Assembly (NCBI GenBank): GCA_003559375.1
Contig: PWLN01000208.1
Span: 1-58,725 of the forward strand
From: Balneolaceae bacterium
Lineage (GTDB): Bacteria > Bacteroidota > Rhodothermia > Balneolales > Balneolaceae
Direction: 5' to 3'
Length of the DNA: 58,725 nt
Every line of letters starts with the position of its first letter. Position 1 is the stretch's first letter. Below are positions 50,441-58,725 of this stretch, piece by piece. The notes under the pieces are model-generated. The model was not told the DNA's origin, did not search any database, and saw nothing but the letters and a program-made list of their open reading frames with translations. A program made the position numbers and the translations under genes.

Positions 50441-51583
50441 TTAAGAAGTTAAAGCCAAGTCGACGTCATGAATTAGGTCTTCAACATCTTCGATTCCAAC
50501 AGATAATCGAATTAGTGAATCGGAAAGTCCGGCTTTTTCCCTTATTGCTTTCGGAATAGAACCATGAGTCATGGATGCAGGATGACTGATCAGCGATTCA
50601 ACTCCGCCAAGGCTCTCAGCCAAGGTGAAAATTTTAGTAGATGCCATTAATTGTACAGCCCGTTCTATTGTATTGTCTTTAAGGCTGAAAGAAATCATTG
50701 CACCTGAATCTTTCATTTGCCGTGCAGCCAATTCAAATTGGGGGTGGTTGGGTAGACCTGGATAATGTACATGTTCAACTTTATCATGCTCATTGAGAAA
50801 TAATGCGATTTTTTTTGCATTTTCAACCGATCGTTCCACTCGAATATGCAATGTCTTGATTCCGCGAAGTGTTAGATAACAATCCATAGGACCGGGTACA
50901 GCTCCGGTGGTTTTTACCTGGAATCGTATTTTCTCCATGAATTCCTCATGATTCGATGCAACGGCTCCTCCAATTACATCAGAGTGACCACCAAGGTATT
51001 TTGTTGTAGAATGCATTACAATATCAGCTCCGAGTAACAGTGGCTGTTGCAGATATGGAGATGCAAATGTATTGTCTACCGCACTTAGTATTCCATTTTG
51101 TGATGACATTTCAGCAACAGCCTGGATATCAATAATTCTAAGGAGGGGATTGGTTGGTGTTTCAATCCAAATAAGCCTGGTATTTGGATTAATAGCAGCT
51201 TCAACCTGTTGTATATCAGTCATGTCAACAAATGAAAAGCCAATACCGTATGGTTCAAAGACTGAAGTAAAAAGTCTGTATGTTCCGCCATATAAATCGT
51301 TGGTAGATATTACATGGTCGCCTGGTTTTAGCGTTTTTATGATGGCATCTATTGCACCCACCCCGCTTGAAAAACATGCGCAGAAAGTGGCTTCTTCGAG
51401 ACCTGCGATAAGCTTTTCAAGTGCAGTTCTGGTTGGATTACCAACCCGTGCATAATCATAACCGAGATGCTGATTGGGAGCCTTTTGTACATATGTTGAT
51501 GTCTGAAAAATGGGAGGCATTACAGCCCCTGATGTTTCTTCAGGTTTTTGGCCGGCATGTATGGCTTTTGTGTTAAACTTCAT
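50441..51583 (-). CDS. Cystathionine gamma-synthase/gamma-lyase family PLP enzyme
   Basis: PIFQTST, YAR.GNPTR, ETPTNP, DNTF, HSTTKYLGGHSD and AESLGG motifs. Confidence 0.94.
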   Translation of the reverse strand: MKFNTKAIHAGQKPEETSGAVMPPIFQTSTYVQKAPNQHLGYDYARVGNPTRTALEKLIAGLEEATFCACFSSGVGAIDAIIKTLKPGDHVISTNDLYGGTYRLFTSVFEPYGIGFSFVDMTDIQQVEAAINPNTRLIWIETPTNPLLRIIDIQAVAEMSSQNGILSAVDNTFASPYLQQPLLLGADIVMHSTTKYLGGHSDVIGGAVASNHEEFMEKIRFQVKTTGAVPGPMDCYLTLRGIKTLHIRVERSVENAKKIALFLNEHDKVEHVHYPGLPNHPQFELAARQMKDSGAMISFSLKDNTIERAVQLMASTKIFTLAESLGGVESLISHPASMTHGSIPKAIREKAGLSDSLIRLSVGIEDVEDLIHDVDLALTS

Positions 51584-51589
51584 AAATCA

Positions 51590-52813
51590 TCAAAAATTAA
51601 ATGCCCTCTCTATTGAATCTGCTTCTTCGTTCATCCCGAGCTCAAGATATACACCTCGAAGTATATTCATGTACTCCATATTTTCAGAAGTCATTTCTGT
51701 AAGGCGTTCCCAATATGGGAGTGAAGACTGCATGTATTCATTGCTTTTGCTTCTTAGACCTTCAGCCAGTTCATCTTCAATATCGAGTTCTGAGAGATGA
51801 TGTAAAAGATGGGAAGCTCTCATGTAGAAAGTTCCTAAACGAAAATTATTTTCTTCATTCGATGGAATTACGGAATCAAGCGAAGAAAAAATTTCACGAG
51901 ATTCTTCAAGAATTCTGATAGTTTCATTGATATCATTTTCAGATGAAACTGTGTTATCAGGGTTGCCGGTTAACTGATTGACTTTTGCAGAAAAAATATA
52001 AAATAGCTCTGTGGCCAGACTCATTCTGTAATTAGTACGGGCAGGATATTGTTCGGAAAGGTTTCTTAATATCGTAACTGCAGTATCATGTTCATTGTTC
52101 ACAATCAGTGCATTCACAAGGCCATGAATGTAGTAATCCCTGTCCGGAAATTGATTAGATAGATCGGTATAAATAGATATTGACTCTGAATGATTGCCGG
52201 ATTCCAGATATAAATAAGCAAGCTTCTCCTTAATTTCGGGCCTGGTTTCTCTGGCAATACTATTTGCAGCGATGAGGGTATTTATGGCCTCATTCAGGTG
52301 CCCTCTCCGGTATTGAGTTGTCGATTTCAGGGAATAGGTAACCAAACTATCCGGAATAATCACAATAGCATTATCGAGATGAGCAATAATATTATCAAAA
52401 TGAGTGTCATACGTTTCTGACCGGTCCTCCTGGAGGAGGCGAATTCCACTACTCTGTTCAGAATTCCATGCTCGTTTTAATATATCATCAACTTTTACAC
52501 GAGCGTTTTGAAGTGATCTGACATCATCCGCAGTTGCTCGTAAATTTTGATAGACAGGTTTGCGGTGAGCCGGATTACGCATAGTATGTGCATACTCGTA
52601 TAATATCTCGGCTTTTTTAACTCGTAATTCTTCGTTTCCTGGATTGCTTCGTATGCGTTGATTTAGCTCGGCAATCTGAACATCATAACTATTCGAAGAG
52701 CTTACTGATTCAGCGGGAGTATTTGATTGTTCTACAGTTGCACAAGAAAGGGTAAAAAAAATCCCGAAGGCAATTCCTGTAAGAATTGCCATTCGGGTAT
52801 TAACAAAAATCAT
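51590..52813 (-). CDS. TPR-containing lipoprotein
   Basis: Lipobox TLSC; repeated helical TPR-like units. Confidence 0.8.
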   Translation of the reverse strand: MIFVNTRMAILTGIAFGIFFTLSCATVEQSNTPAESVSSSNSYDVQIAELNQRIRSNPGNEELRVKKAEILYEYAHTMRNPAHRKPVYQNLRATADDVRSLQNARVKVDDILKRAWNSEQSSGIRLLQEDRSETYDTHFDNIIAHLDNAIVIIPDSLVTYSLKSTTQYRRGHLNEAINTLIAANSIARETRPEIKEKLAYLYLESGNHSESISIYTDLSNQFPDRDYYIHGLVNALIVNNEHDTAVTILRNLSEQYPARTNYRMSLATELFYIFSAKVNQLTGNPDNTVSSENDINETIRILEESREIFSSLDSVIPSNEENNFRLGTFYMRASHLLHHLSELDIEDELAEGLRSKSNEYMQSSLPYWERLTEMTSENMEYMNILRGVYLELGMNEEADSIERAFNF

Positions 52814-52831
52814 ATAGGTAAATCTTAGTGT

Positions 52832-54151
52832 TTAATCGTCAAATCCAGCTCTACTCATCGCGTTCTGAGCTTCCTCTTCCATTCCAAGGGTGGTGTAAAC
52901 CTGAAATAGTGATTGCCAGTTTTCCGGATTGTCAGGATTCAATTCTGCAGCTCTTTCATAATGTCTGAGAGCTTCTCTGAGATTATCCCTTGCCCTGTCA
53001 TCATACTGCATTGCTTCCTGGTTATCCGTAGTATTGTTTCTGCGCTCAAAAAGATTGGCAGCACGATTTTGATAAATAATTCCCAGAATGAAGTTCGCTG
53101 ATTCGCTTTCAGGTTCCAGTTCTACAACACGTTCCATTTCACGAATGGAGATTTGAGTCAATTCATCAATTTCACGCTCTTTAGCATTGATTTCCTGATT
53201 AATTTGTTCGATTTGTGCTTGTGTTTGATCCAGTTCCTGTCCACGCTGGTTACGGGCAGCCTGTCGAAGGTCAAATATACGCTGGTATAAACCAGACACC
53301 TCAGCAGTTATCCTGTCTACACTTTGATAGATCTGTGTACCCAGAACGCGTCTGTATTGGGGGTTGTCCGGTTCAGAAGCAATCAGGCCTTCAATAAGTT
53401 CGATAGCCCTGTCTCTGTCGCCTTGCTGGATGTAGGCATCGGCAAGGAATTGTACAAATACCGATTCATTTGGAAAATCACCAATAGCCCTGTTCGTCAT
53501 TTCAATTGCATCATCATATTGATTATTAAAAAGATAAAGGCTTATGATATACTCATAATCATCTACCTGTGGTTGCGACATCAGGCTTATTGCAGTTTCG
53601 TAGGTTGAAATTGCATTCTCAATATCATTCATCTGAAAATGAGTGGATGATATTACCTGAAACGTCATTGCACTGTCAGGATTGATGGTTGCTGCATTTA
53701 GAAAATGAGCCAGTGATACATGAAAAGGATTGGGTGTAGCATTGAACAAGCTATCATCATTTTGGATATTCACACCCATATTGTATTCATCTGCCCAAAA
53801 AGATATAATAGAATTATTCAATTCTTCAAGTTCAGATGGTGTGTCTTCAAGCCCTTCCATAATCTCTTTAGCAGTATCAAATGATTCTTTTGCTCTTGCA
53901 TAGTATGGCCTTCTATCTTCCGGATTCTCAAATGTTTCAGCCTGCGATGCCAAAACAAGCCCCCTGTAGTAGTGTGCAACGTGATTTGCCGGGTCAACTT
54001 CAATTGCCTGATCGGTTGCAGCAAGTGCTGATTCAAAATCTCCTGTCAATATGCCAATTTGAACTTCATTCACAAATGGATCGGTGGTTTCACACGCCCA
54101 GAGCAGCCCAACGATTGCAAAAATTAGAAGAAATGGTTTATAACTTTTCAT
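52832..54151 (-). CDS. TPR-containing lipoprotein
   Basis: Start MKSYKPF at 54151, lipobox LWAC; TPR units such as AHYYRGLV, ANFILGIIY and YERAAELNPDN. Confidence 0.85.
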   Translation of the reverse strand: MKSYKPFLLIFAIVGLLWACETTDPFVNEVQIGILTGDFESALAATDQAIEVDPANHVAHYYRGLVLASQAETFENPEDRRPYYARAKESFDTAKEIMEGLEDTPSELEELNNSIISFWADEYNMGVNIQNDDSLFNATPNPFHVSLAHFLNAATINPDSAMTFQVISSTHFQMNDIENAISTYETAISLMSQPQVDDYEYIISLYLFNNQYDDAIEMTNRAIGDFPNESVFVQFLADAYIQQGDRDRAIELIEGLIASEPDNPQYRRVLGTQIYQSVDRITAEVSGLYQRIFDLRQAARNQRGQELDQTQAQIEQINQEINAKEREIDELTQISIREMERVVELEPESESANFILGIIYQNRAANLFERRNNTTDNQEAMQYDDRARDNLREALRHYERAAELNPDNPENWQSLFQVYTTLGMEEEAQNAMSRAGFDD

Positions 54152-54327
54152 ATCTGTTGTAATGTCGTTGTTTTTTTTATTTAGTGAATCACAATAAAGT
54201 AACCATATAAACATCTATCTGCAATATCTGCATACCTCAATATAGATACATCTGTGGCTTTGATTTAGATTGTTTTCAAACTTTTATAATGTATTTTTAA
54301 GTAAATGTTTCAAATCAATCCCTCATT

Positions 54328-54708
54328 ATGGCTAAGCTTATTGTTGAAACTGTTTTGGCACCATCTGCAATCGGACCCTACAGCCAGGCAGTTATTCATA
54401 ACCAAATCGTTTATTGTTCCGGGCAAATTGCACTCAATCCAAAAACAATGGAAATTGTAGTTGGTGGAATAGAAGAACAAACAAAAAGGGTAATGGAAAA
54501 CCTTAAGGAAGTTTTGAAAGAGTCTGGGAGTAACTTCTCAAAAGTACTTAAATGCACCATATTTCTTGCGGATATGAGTGATTTTCCCGTGGTGAATGAA
54601 ATCTATGGAAGCTATTTTGACTCACGCCCACCTGCCAGGGAAACGGTTGCTGTAAAAACACTTCCGAAAAATGCACTGGTTGAAATAAGTTGTATTGCAG
54701 CGCTTTGA
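54328..54708 (+). CDS. ridA: RidA family reactive imine deaminase
   Basis: APSAIGPYSQA, SGQI, PAR..V.V..LPK and VEI motifs. Confidence 0.95.
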   Translation: MAKLIVETVLAPSAIGPYSQAVIHNQIVYCSGQIALNPKTMEIVVGGIEEQTKRVMENLKEVLKESGSNFSKVLKCTIFLADMSDFPVVNEIYGSYFDSRPPARETVAVKTLPKNALVEISCIAAL

Positions 54709-54728
54709 GATTGTGCTATTTTTTTAAG

Positions 54729-54817
54729 TGAAAAGCTGAAGCGAGAGCGTAAGTCCCGATAAGCATGTCGGGATGAAAAGCTGGAGCAGAGCGAAAGTCC
54801 CGGCAGTCGTGCCGGGG
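54729..54817. repeat. Two tandem ~45-bp REP-like units, each ending in a hairpin
   Basis: tgaaaagctgaagcgagagcgtaagtcccgata-agca-tgtcggga and tgaaaagctggagcagagcgaaagtcccggca-gtcg-tgccgggg. Confidence 0.8.
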
Positions 54818-54920
54818 TGTACCGAGCGCCAGCTACAGTTGTGATTTTGGCACAGCGATGCTAACAGGTTTATGAAACCTGACTGCCAATATTGATATCA
54901 AATATGAAGATTTCATCACT

Positions 54921-54948
54921 TTCCACAAACCGCATTCCACATTCCACA
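54921..54948. repeat. Short 7-bp tandem repeat
   Basis: ttccaca aaccgca ttccaca ttccaca. Confidence 0.6.
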
Positions 54949-54993
54949 AAATGGATATCAATAAAATCCAGATAAATTATAAAAACCGGGCAG

Positions 54994-56868
54994 TTATTGT
55001 ATCGTGGCAGAGTGTGCAATCTTGTTTCCGGCACCATCATACACCACAATTTCTACCCTGTTTGTTGATGAAGGCCTGAATAGCGGGTTATAATAAATCA
55101 ACCAGTTTTTTTCAGGATCATATTCTACAAGCCCTCTAAGTCCGTTTACTGTTATGCCTGATCTTGCAAAATCAATTCCGGTTTCCGGGTCCCTGGCCGG
55201 AACAAGAATAATATGATTTCCGGCCAGATTACGGCTCAGCCTTGGGTTGCCTACCCGCGGCGGGGTATTATCTTCAGCTATTACCAGGCTACTGATTTCC
55301 CTGAGGCTGCCTCTGATCATTCCATCAGTATTGGTGGCGTTCATAAAAAATCTTCGGTTTCTGAATTGATCTAACGAAAAAAGTGCAAGCCTTGGATTGT
55401 CTCTCAGATATTCAGGCAAAATTATGCTGAATTCGATATTCCTGTGGATTGGAAGCCTGTCCGGTTCAAAGTTTATGTAGATCTCATCACGTGTATGAAT
55501 AACATTCATTCGTAATTGTAAAGTATCATGAAGGGCATCCTCAGGAAATGTTAACCAGGTTCTTTTGTCAGGCGTTGATAACGTGGCTTTTCTACCCGGA
55601 CTTATCTTTTTCTCGATAAAGCTTCCCGGAACATATTTGTAAGGTGCTTCATTTTTATAATAAGCTATATTATCGTTTGTGGAAGAAATCAAAAATGGAT
55701 CTCCATGATCAATAGCGAGATATTTCCAGTTGAACAGAGATGCAGTTTCAACTGATGGTGGAGCAGGGTAGGGTGGAACATAAGTAATTTCCCGGTTTGA
55801 TAACTTCTGATTACCACGCACATGAATGGTTACCTCGGCAATCGAATGATTTCCGTTAATATCCGATGCAATAATTCTGATTGGGTATCTGCCAATTTCA
55901 AAGGGAATAATTCCGTGATTTTGAACTGAGTGATAGAATGGAAGCTTGTTGCCAGTTATTTTATAAAGTCGCTGAAAGCCTCTTCTTGATTCCGCGAGTA
56001 TGGGATATGAGCGGTCTAAAAACATATGGCGAGCTGCAGTATGAGGGAAGTAATCAGCGCGGGACTTAAAGAGTGTATCCGATTGATGCACCATAGTTAA
56101 GGTGTGTACTGCATAGATATTTGGTGTGTCATTTGCACGGTCGTGAACATTTACTGCCAATCCAACTGGCCCATGAACTGTAACTTCACCAAAATTATAG
56201 CGGTTGCCCGACCTGGTTGCATTGATGATTTGATGGCCTTGCAATCTCAGAGTTTCAGGGTCGAGATGTTCAATTGCAAGCTGCCTGAATACGGGGGGTA
56301 TAGTATCGCGTACCCTAAGGTTGGTTAGAAGTGGATTGAATGGATAAAAATCAGGGGTCCGCAGTTCAAAATGAAGATGAGGGGGGCCAACGCCGGTGGA
56401 TCCTGTAAATGCAATCAAATCACCTTGTTTGTACCTGATGTTTTTGTGTTCAATCACTACATCAATGGCAGCGCTGTAATCTATAAACCGAATCGAATCA
56501 GCAATTGCCTGTAAACCTGGCTCAAAACGATTGAGATGCGCATATACGGAGTAACTATCGTCATCGTGTTTTAAAAAGATAACGTTTCCGTATCCATAGG
56601 GACTCATCCCTATCCGGTATACTACAGCATCGCGCGTTGCAAAAACCCTGTATCCTTCACGTCCCCAGGTTCGAATATCAAGCCCTGCGTGCAAATGCGC
56701 CGAACGGGTTTCTGCGAAGGTTGAAGATAGAAGTGTGCTGGAATCGGTAGGCCAGAGATAACTTACAGTATCTGCCAAAAAGGATAGAGGTTGCGATTTA
56801 ATCGCGGGTGTCGACAATTGAATTGCAAACGCAATAATGAATAAAAAACGCAACTGTCTATCGAACAT
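54994..56868 (-). CDS. M23 family metallopeptidase with long C-terminal extension
   Basis: Signal peptide; FAETRSAHLHAGLD, YAHL and GPPHLHFE motifs. Confidence 0.9.
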   Translation of the reverse strand: MFDRQLRFLFIIAFAIQLSTPAIKSQPLSFLADTVSYLWPTDSSTLLSSTFAETRSAHLHAGLDIRTWGREGYRVFATRDAVVYRIGMSPYGYGNVIFLKHDDDSYSVYAHLNRFEPGLQAIADSIRFIDYSAAIDVVIEHKNIRYKQGDLIAFTGSTGVGPPHLHFELRTPDFYPFNPLLTNLRVRDTIPPVFRQLAIEHLDPETLRLQGHQIINATRSGNRYNFGEVTVHGPVGLAVNVHDRANDTPNIYAVHTLTMVHQSDTLFKSRADYFPHTAARHMFLDRSYPILAESRRGFQRLYKITGNKLPFYHSVQNHGIIPFEIGRYPIRIIASDINGNHSIAEVTIHVRGNQKLSNREITYVPPYPAPPSVETASLFNWKYLAIDHGDPFLISSTNDNIAYYKNEAPYKYVPGSFIEKKISPGRKATLSTPDKRTWLTFPEDALHDTLQLRMNVIHTRDEIYINFEPDRLPIHRNIEFSIILPEYLRDNPRLALFSLDQFRNRRFFMNATNTDGMIRGSLREISSLVIAEDNTPPRVGNPRLSRNLAGNHIILVPARDPETGIDFARSGITVNGLRGLVEYDPEKNWLIYYNPLFRPSSTNRVEIVVYDGAGNKIAHSATIQ

Positions 56869-57511
56869 ATACAGTTAATAATGAAAGGTTGTTATGTAGT
56901 GATGCGTTTACAGTATCACCGGGTATGATCGGGCTTACCCCTTGGGGTGTACCTGTAAAAATTAAATCACCCGGATATAATGTGAACTGTTTTGATAAGT
57001 ATGATATGATATCTTCACACGAAAATAGCATTTGTGACGTATTTCCGCTCTGCCTGATCTCGCCATTAACGTTAACCATGATGTCCAATTGTCCAAGGTC
57101 TATCTCTGGTGAGTAGTCAACAAAGTTCCCAACAGGGGCGAATGTGTTAAAGCCCTTTGAAAGTGACCATGGCAAGCCATTTTTTTTAGCTGAGGATTGT
57201 AAATCTCTTGCAGTGATGTCCAGGCCTACAGCCAGCGCCTTTACGGATTTGAGAGCATCTTCCGGCTCAACCATTGTGATTTCAGAACCGATGAGAAGTA
57301 CAAGTTCAACTTCGTGATGAACATTGTTAGATGCTTTGGGAATGAGAATGGTTTCGCCATTGAAGATGATGCTACTGCGCGGTTTCAAAAAAACAACCGG
57401 GTCTTCGGTCATTTCACTTTTCATTTCTTCAATGTGTTTGGCATAATTCCGGCCAATACAATAAATGGAGCCAAACTGTAAACCGGGGTAATCAGGTATG
57501 TTGAATTTCAT
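56858..57511 (-). CDS. Fumarylacetoacetate hydrolase family protein
   Basis: CIGRNYAKH, FLKP, HHEVEL, DITARDLQ, K.FNTF and GDLIFTGTP motifs. Confidence 0.95.
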   Translation of the reverse strand: MKFNIPDYPGLQFGSIYCIGRNYAKHIEEMKSEMTEDPVVFLKPRSSIIFNGETILIPKASNNVHHEVELVLLIGSEITMVEPEDALKSVKALAVGLDITARDLQSSAKKNGLPWSLSKGFNTFAPVGNFVDYSPEIDLGQLDIMVNVNGEIRQSGNTSQMLFSCEDIISYLSKQFTLYPGDLIFTGTPQGVSPIIPGDTVNASLHNNLSLLTVYVR

Positions 57512-57522
57512 AACCTGAAAAT

Positions 57523-57556
57523 AAAAAAAGCCCTGATAACAGTGTTATCAGGGCTT
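57523..57556 (-). terminator. Intrinsic terminator after rpmA
   Basis: Perfect stem aagccctgataac / gttatcagggctt, followed by a T run on the minus strand. Confidence 0.9.
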
Positions 57557-57575
57557 AAAAAAGTTGAAAAATATT

Positions 57576-57830
57576 TTAAACGGGATCGATGTTAACGAAT
57601 TTTCGTCCGCCTGTTTTGGTCCGGAATGATACGGTGCCGTCGATGAGCGCAAAAAGTGTGTCATCACCGCCTCTTCCTACATTTTCTCCGGGGTGAAATT
57701 TTGTGCCACGTTGGCGTACAAGAATGTTGCCTGCGCGAACCGCTTCACCACCAAATTTCTTTACACCCAGACGCTTTGATTCAGAATCACGTCCGTTCCT
57801 GGTTGAGCCTTGTCCTTTCTTATGTGCCAT
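57576..57830 (-). CDS. rpmA: 50S ribosomal protein L27
   Basis: [22 protein letters not shown] and RQRGT motifs. Confidence 0.99.
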   Translation of the reverse strand: MAHKKGQGSTRNGRDSESKRLGVKKFGGEAVRAGNILVRQRGTKFHPGENVGRGGDDTLFALIDGTVSFRTKTGGRKFVNIDPV

Positions 57831-57844
57831 AATTTACCTCTTAG

Positions 57845-58150
57845 TTAAGAAATTTTCTCAATTTTGAGTTGGGTGATTGGTTGCCTGTGGCCTCGCTTAA
57901 CCCTATATCCTTTTCTTCGTTTCTTCTTGAAAATAATAACTTTGTCGGCTTTAAGCTGATCCACTATGGAGGCTTCAACTTTCGCGCCTTCAACAGTTGG
58001 TTTACCGACTTTTACTTTACCATTGTCATCTTTTACAAGCAGAACGTCTTCAATTGTTACCTTTTCCTCATCAGAAAGCCGGTTCACAAAAACAGTTTGA
58101 TTTTCTTCTACTTTATATTGATGGCCGCCAATTTTAACGATAGCGTACAT
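57845..58150 (-). CDS. rplU: 50S ribosomal protein L21
   Basis: [14 protein letters not shown] and FKKKRRKGY...GHRQ motifs. Confidence 0.99.
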   Translation of the reverse strand: MYAIVKIGGHQYKVEENQTVFVNRLSDEEKVTIEDVLLVKDDNGKVKVGKPTVEGAKVEASIVDQLKADKVIIFKKKRRKGYRVKRGHRQPITQLKIEKIS

Positions 58151-58193
58151 TGCTGAAATAATTACTTGTTGTTTCTGAATTTTATATAGACAC

Positions 58194-58201
58194 CAAAGAT
58201 A
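58194..58201 (-). promoter_or_regulatory. Bacteroidota-type -7 promoter element upstream of rplU
   Basis: TATCTTTG on the minus strand matches the TAnnTTTG consensus, 43 nt before the ATG. Confidence 0.55.
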
Positions 58202-58440
58202 TAGTTTTTTTCAATAAATTAAAATCAACTCAATTATCCTTTTTTAATTAATTAACTCCTGTGCCAAAAAAATTCTGATCGGTTCCTTATATAAGGAATG
58301 ATTTCTATTCATTAGTGTTCTCTTATATGCGTAGTTTTTAACGTATTTTGTGAATACAGATTATTATCCTGTTGAAATTAGTTATCAAACAGATTTATTT
58401 TCTATATAAAATCGAAAAACTCAAAACAGCTTACAGATTC

Positions 58441-58626
58441 ATGAGCAAATTACCCGATTTACATAAACAGGCATTTAGATATAAAAATACAAAAAAACTA
58501 CAGCGTGATGGCGGACGTGCATGGATAAAGGATTCTCAGCTTTTTGAATCAAGAAAAGGGGCGAATGGCAGGCTTATTACAATTGATAAAGGCCCAGAAA
58601 AAGGTATGACTTCTTCACAAAACTGA
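58441..58626 (+). CDS. Small basic hypothetical protein
   Basis: 61 aa ORF from ATG 58441 (MSKLPDLHKQAF...), divergent from rplU; no recognisable motif. Confidence 0.4.
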   Translation: MSKLPDLHKQAFRYKNTKKLQRDGGRAWIKDSQLFESRKGANGRLITIDKGPEKGMTSSQN

Positions 58627-58663
58627 AGGGTTTAAATTGATTAAAGCTGTAGCGATTCTGATA

Positions 58664-58725
58664 TTACCTGATTACCGGCTCCGTAGAAAATTCATAATTG
58701 AACGGAAGTGAATGTTCAAACTCCA
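58664..58725 (-). CDS. Probable 3' end of a gene running in from beyond the window
   Basis: Open frame ...EFEHSLPFNYEFSTEPVIR* on the minus strand. Confidence 0.3.
   Translation of the reverse strand, partial: EFEHSLPFNYEFSTEPVIR

Noticed and set aside
54729-54817. CRISPR array or hammerhead ribozyme
   Set aside because: Only two abutting units with no spacers and no cas genes; no CUGANGA core correctly placed relative to GAAA on either strand.
54921-54948. DnaA boxes / replication origin
   Set aside because: ttccaca units abut at a 7-bp period and do not match TTATCCACA; no dnaA or unwinding-element context.
1-58725. rRNA, tRNA, tmRNA, transposase or prophage genes
   Set aside because: No such signatures seen in any intergenic gap or ORF by eye; tRNAscan-SE and Infernal would be needed to exclude them formally.

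Overview
A gene-dense, mostly housekeeping bacterial chromosome segment. Gene content and protein style (T9SS C-terminal sorting domain, Bat/vWA genes, exosortase-family gene, HprK, CrtC, acidic proteins, few Shine-Dalgarno sites) point to the Bacteroidota/Balneolota/Rhodothermota group, most likely a Balneolaceae relative (inference). It contains prfB with its programmed +1 frameshift, coaE, the rimP-nusA-infB-rbfA-truB-ribF-rpsO-pnp cluster, truA, xerC-hpf-hprK, a carotenoid glycosyltransferase/crtC pair beside a four-domain fasciclin lipoprotein, mfd-sua5, a dispersed bat cluster, purE, prfA, ppa, queD/E/G, a thiolase, a cystathionine lyase/synthase, two TPR lipoproteins, ridA, three M23 peptidases and rplU-rpmA. 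I saw no rRNA, tRNA, CRISPR array, prophage or transposase, and I cannot demonstrate a new multi-gene system. The best leads are: a possible carotenoid-binding fasciclin module, a cytochrome c that appears to have Lys at the distal Met position next to an NlpE-like CxxC lipoprotein, two structured intergenic repeat elements (36.9-37.1 kb and 54.7-55.0 kb), a candidate free-standing sRNA at about 47.0 kb, a frameshifted TIGR00341-type gene, and a probable adapter/chimera artefact at the window start.
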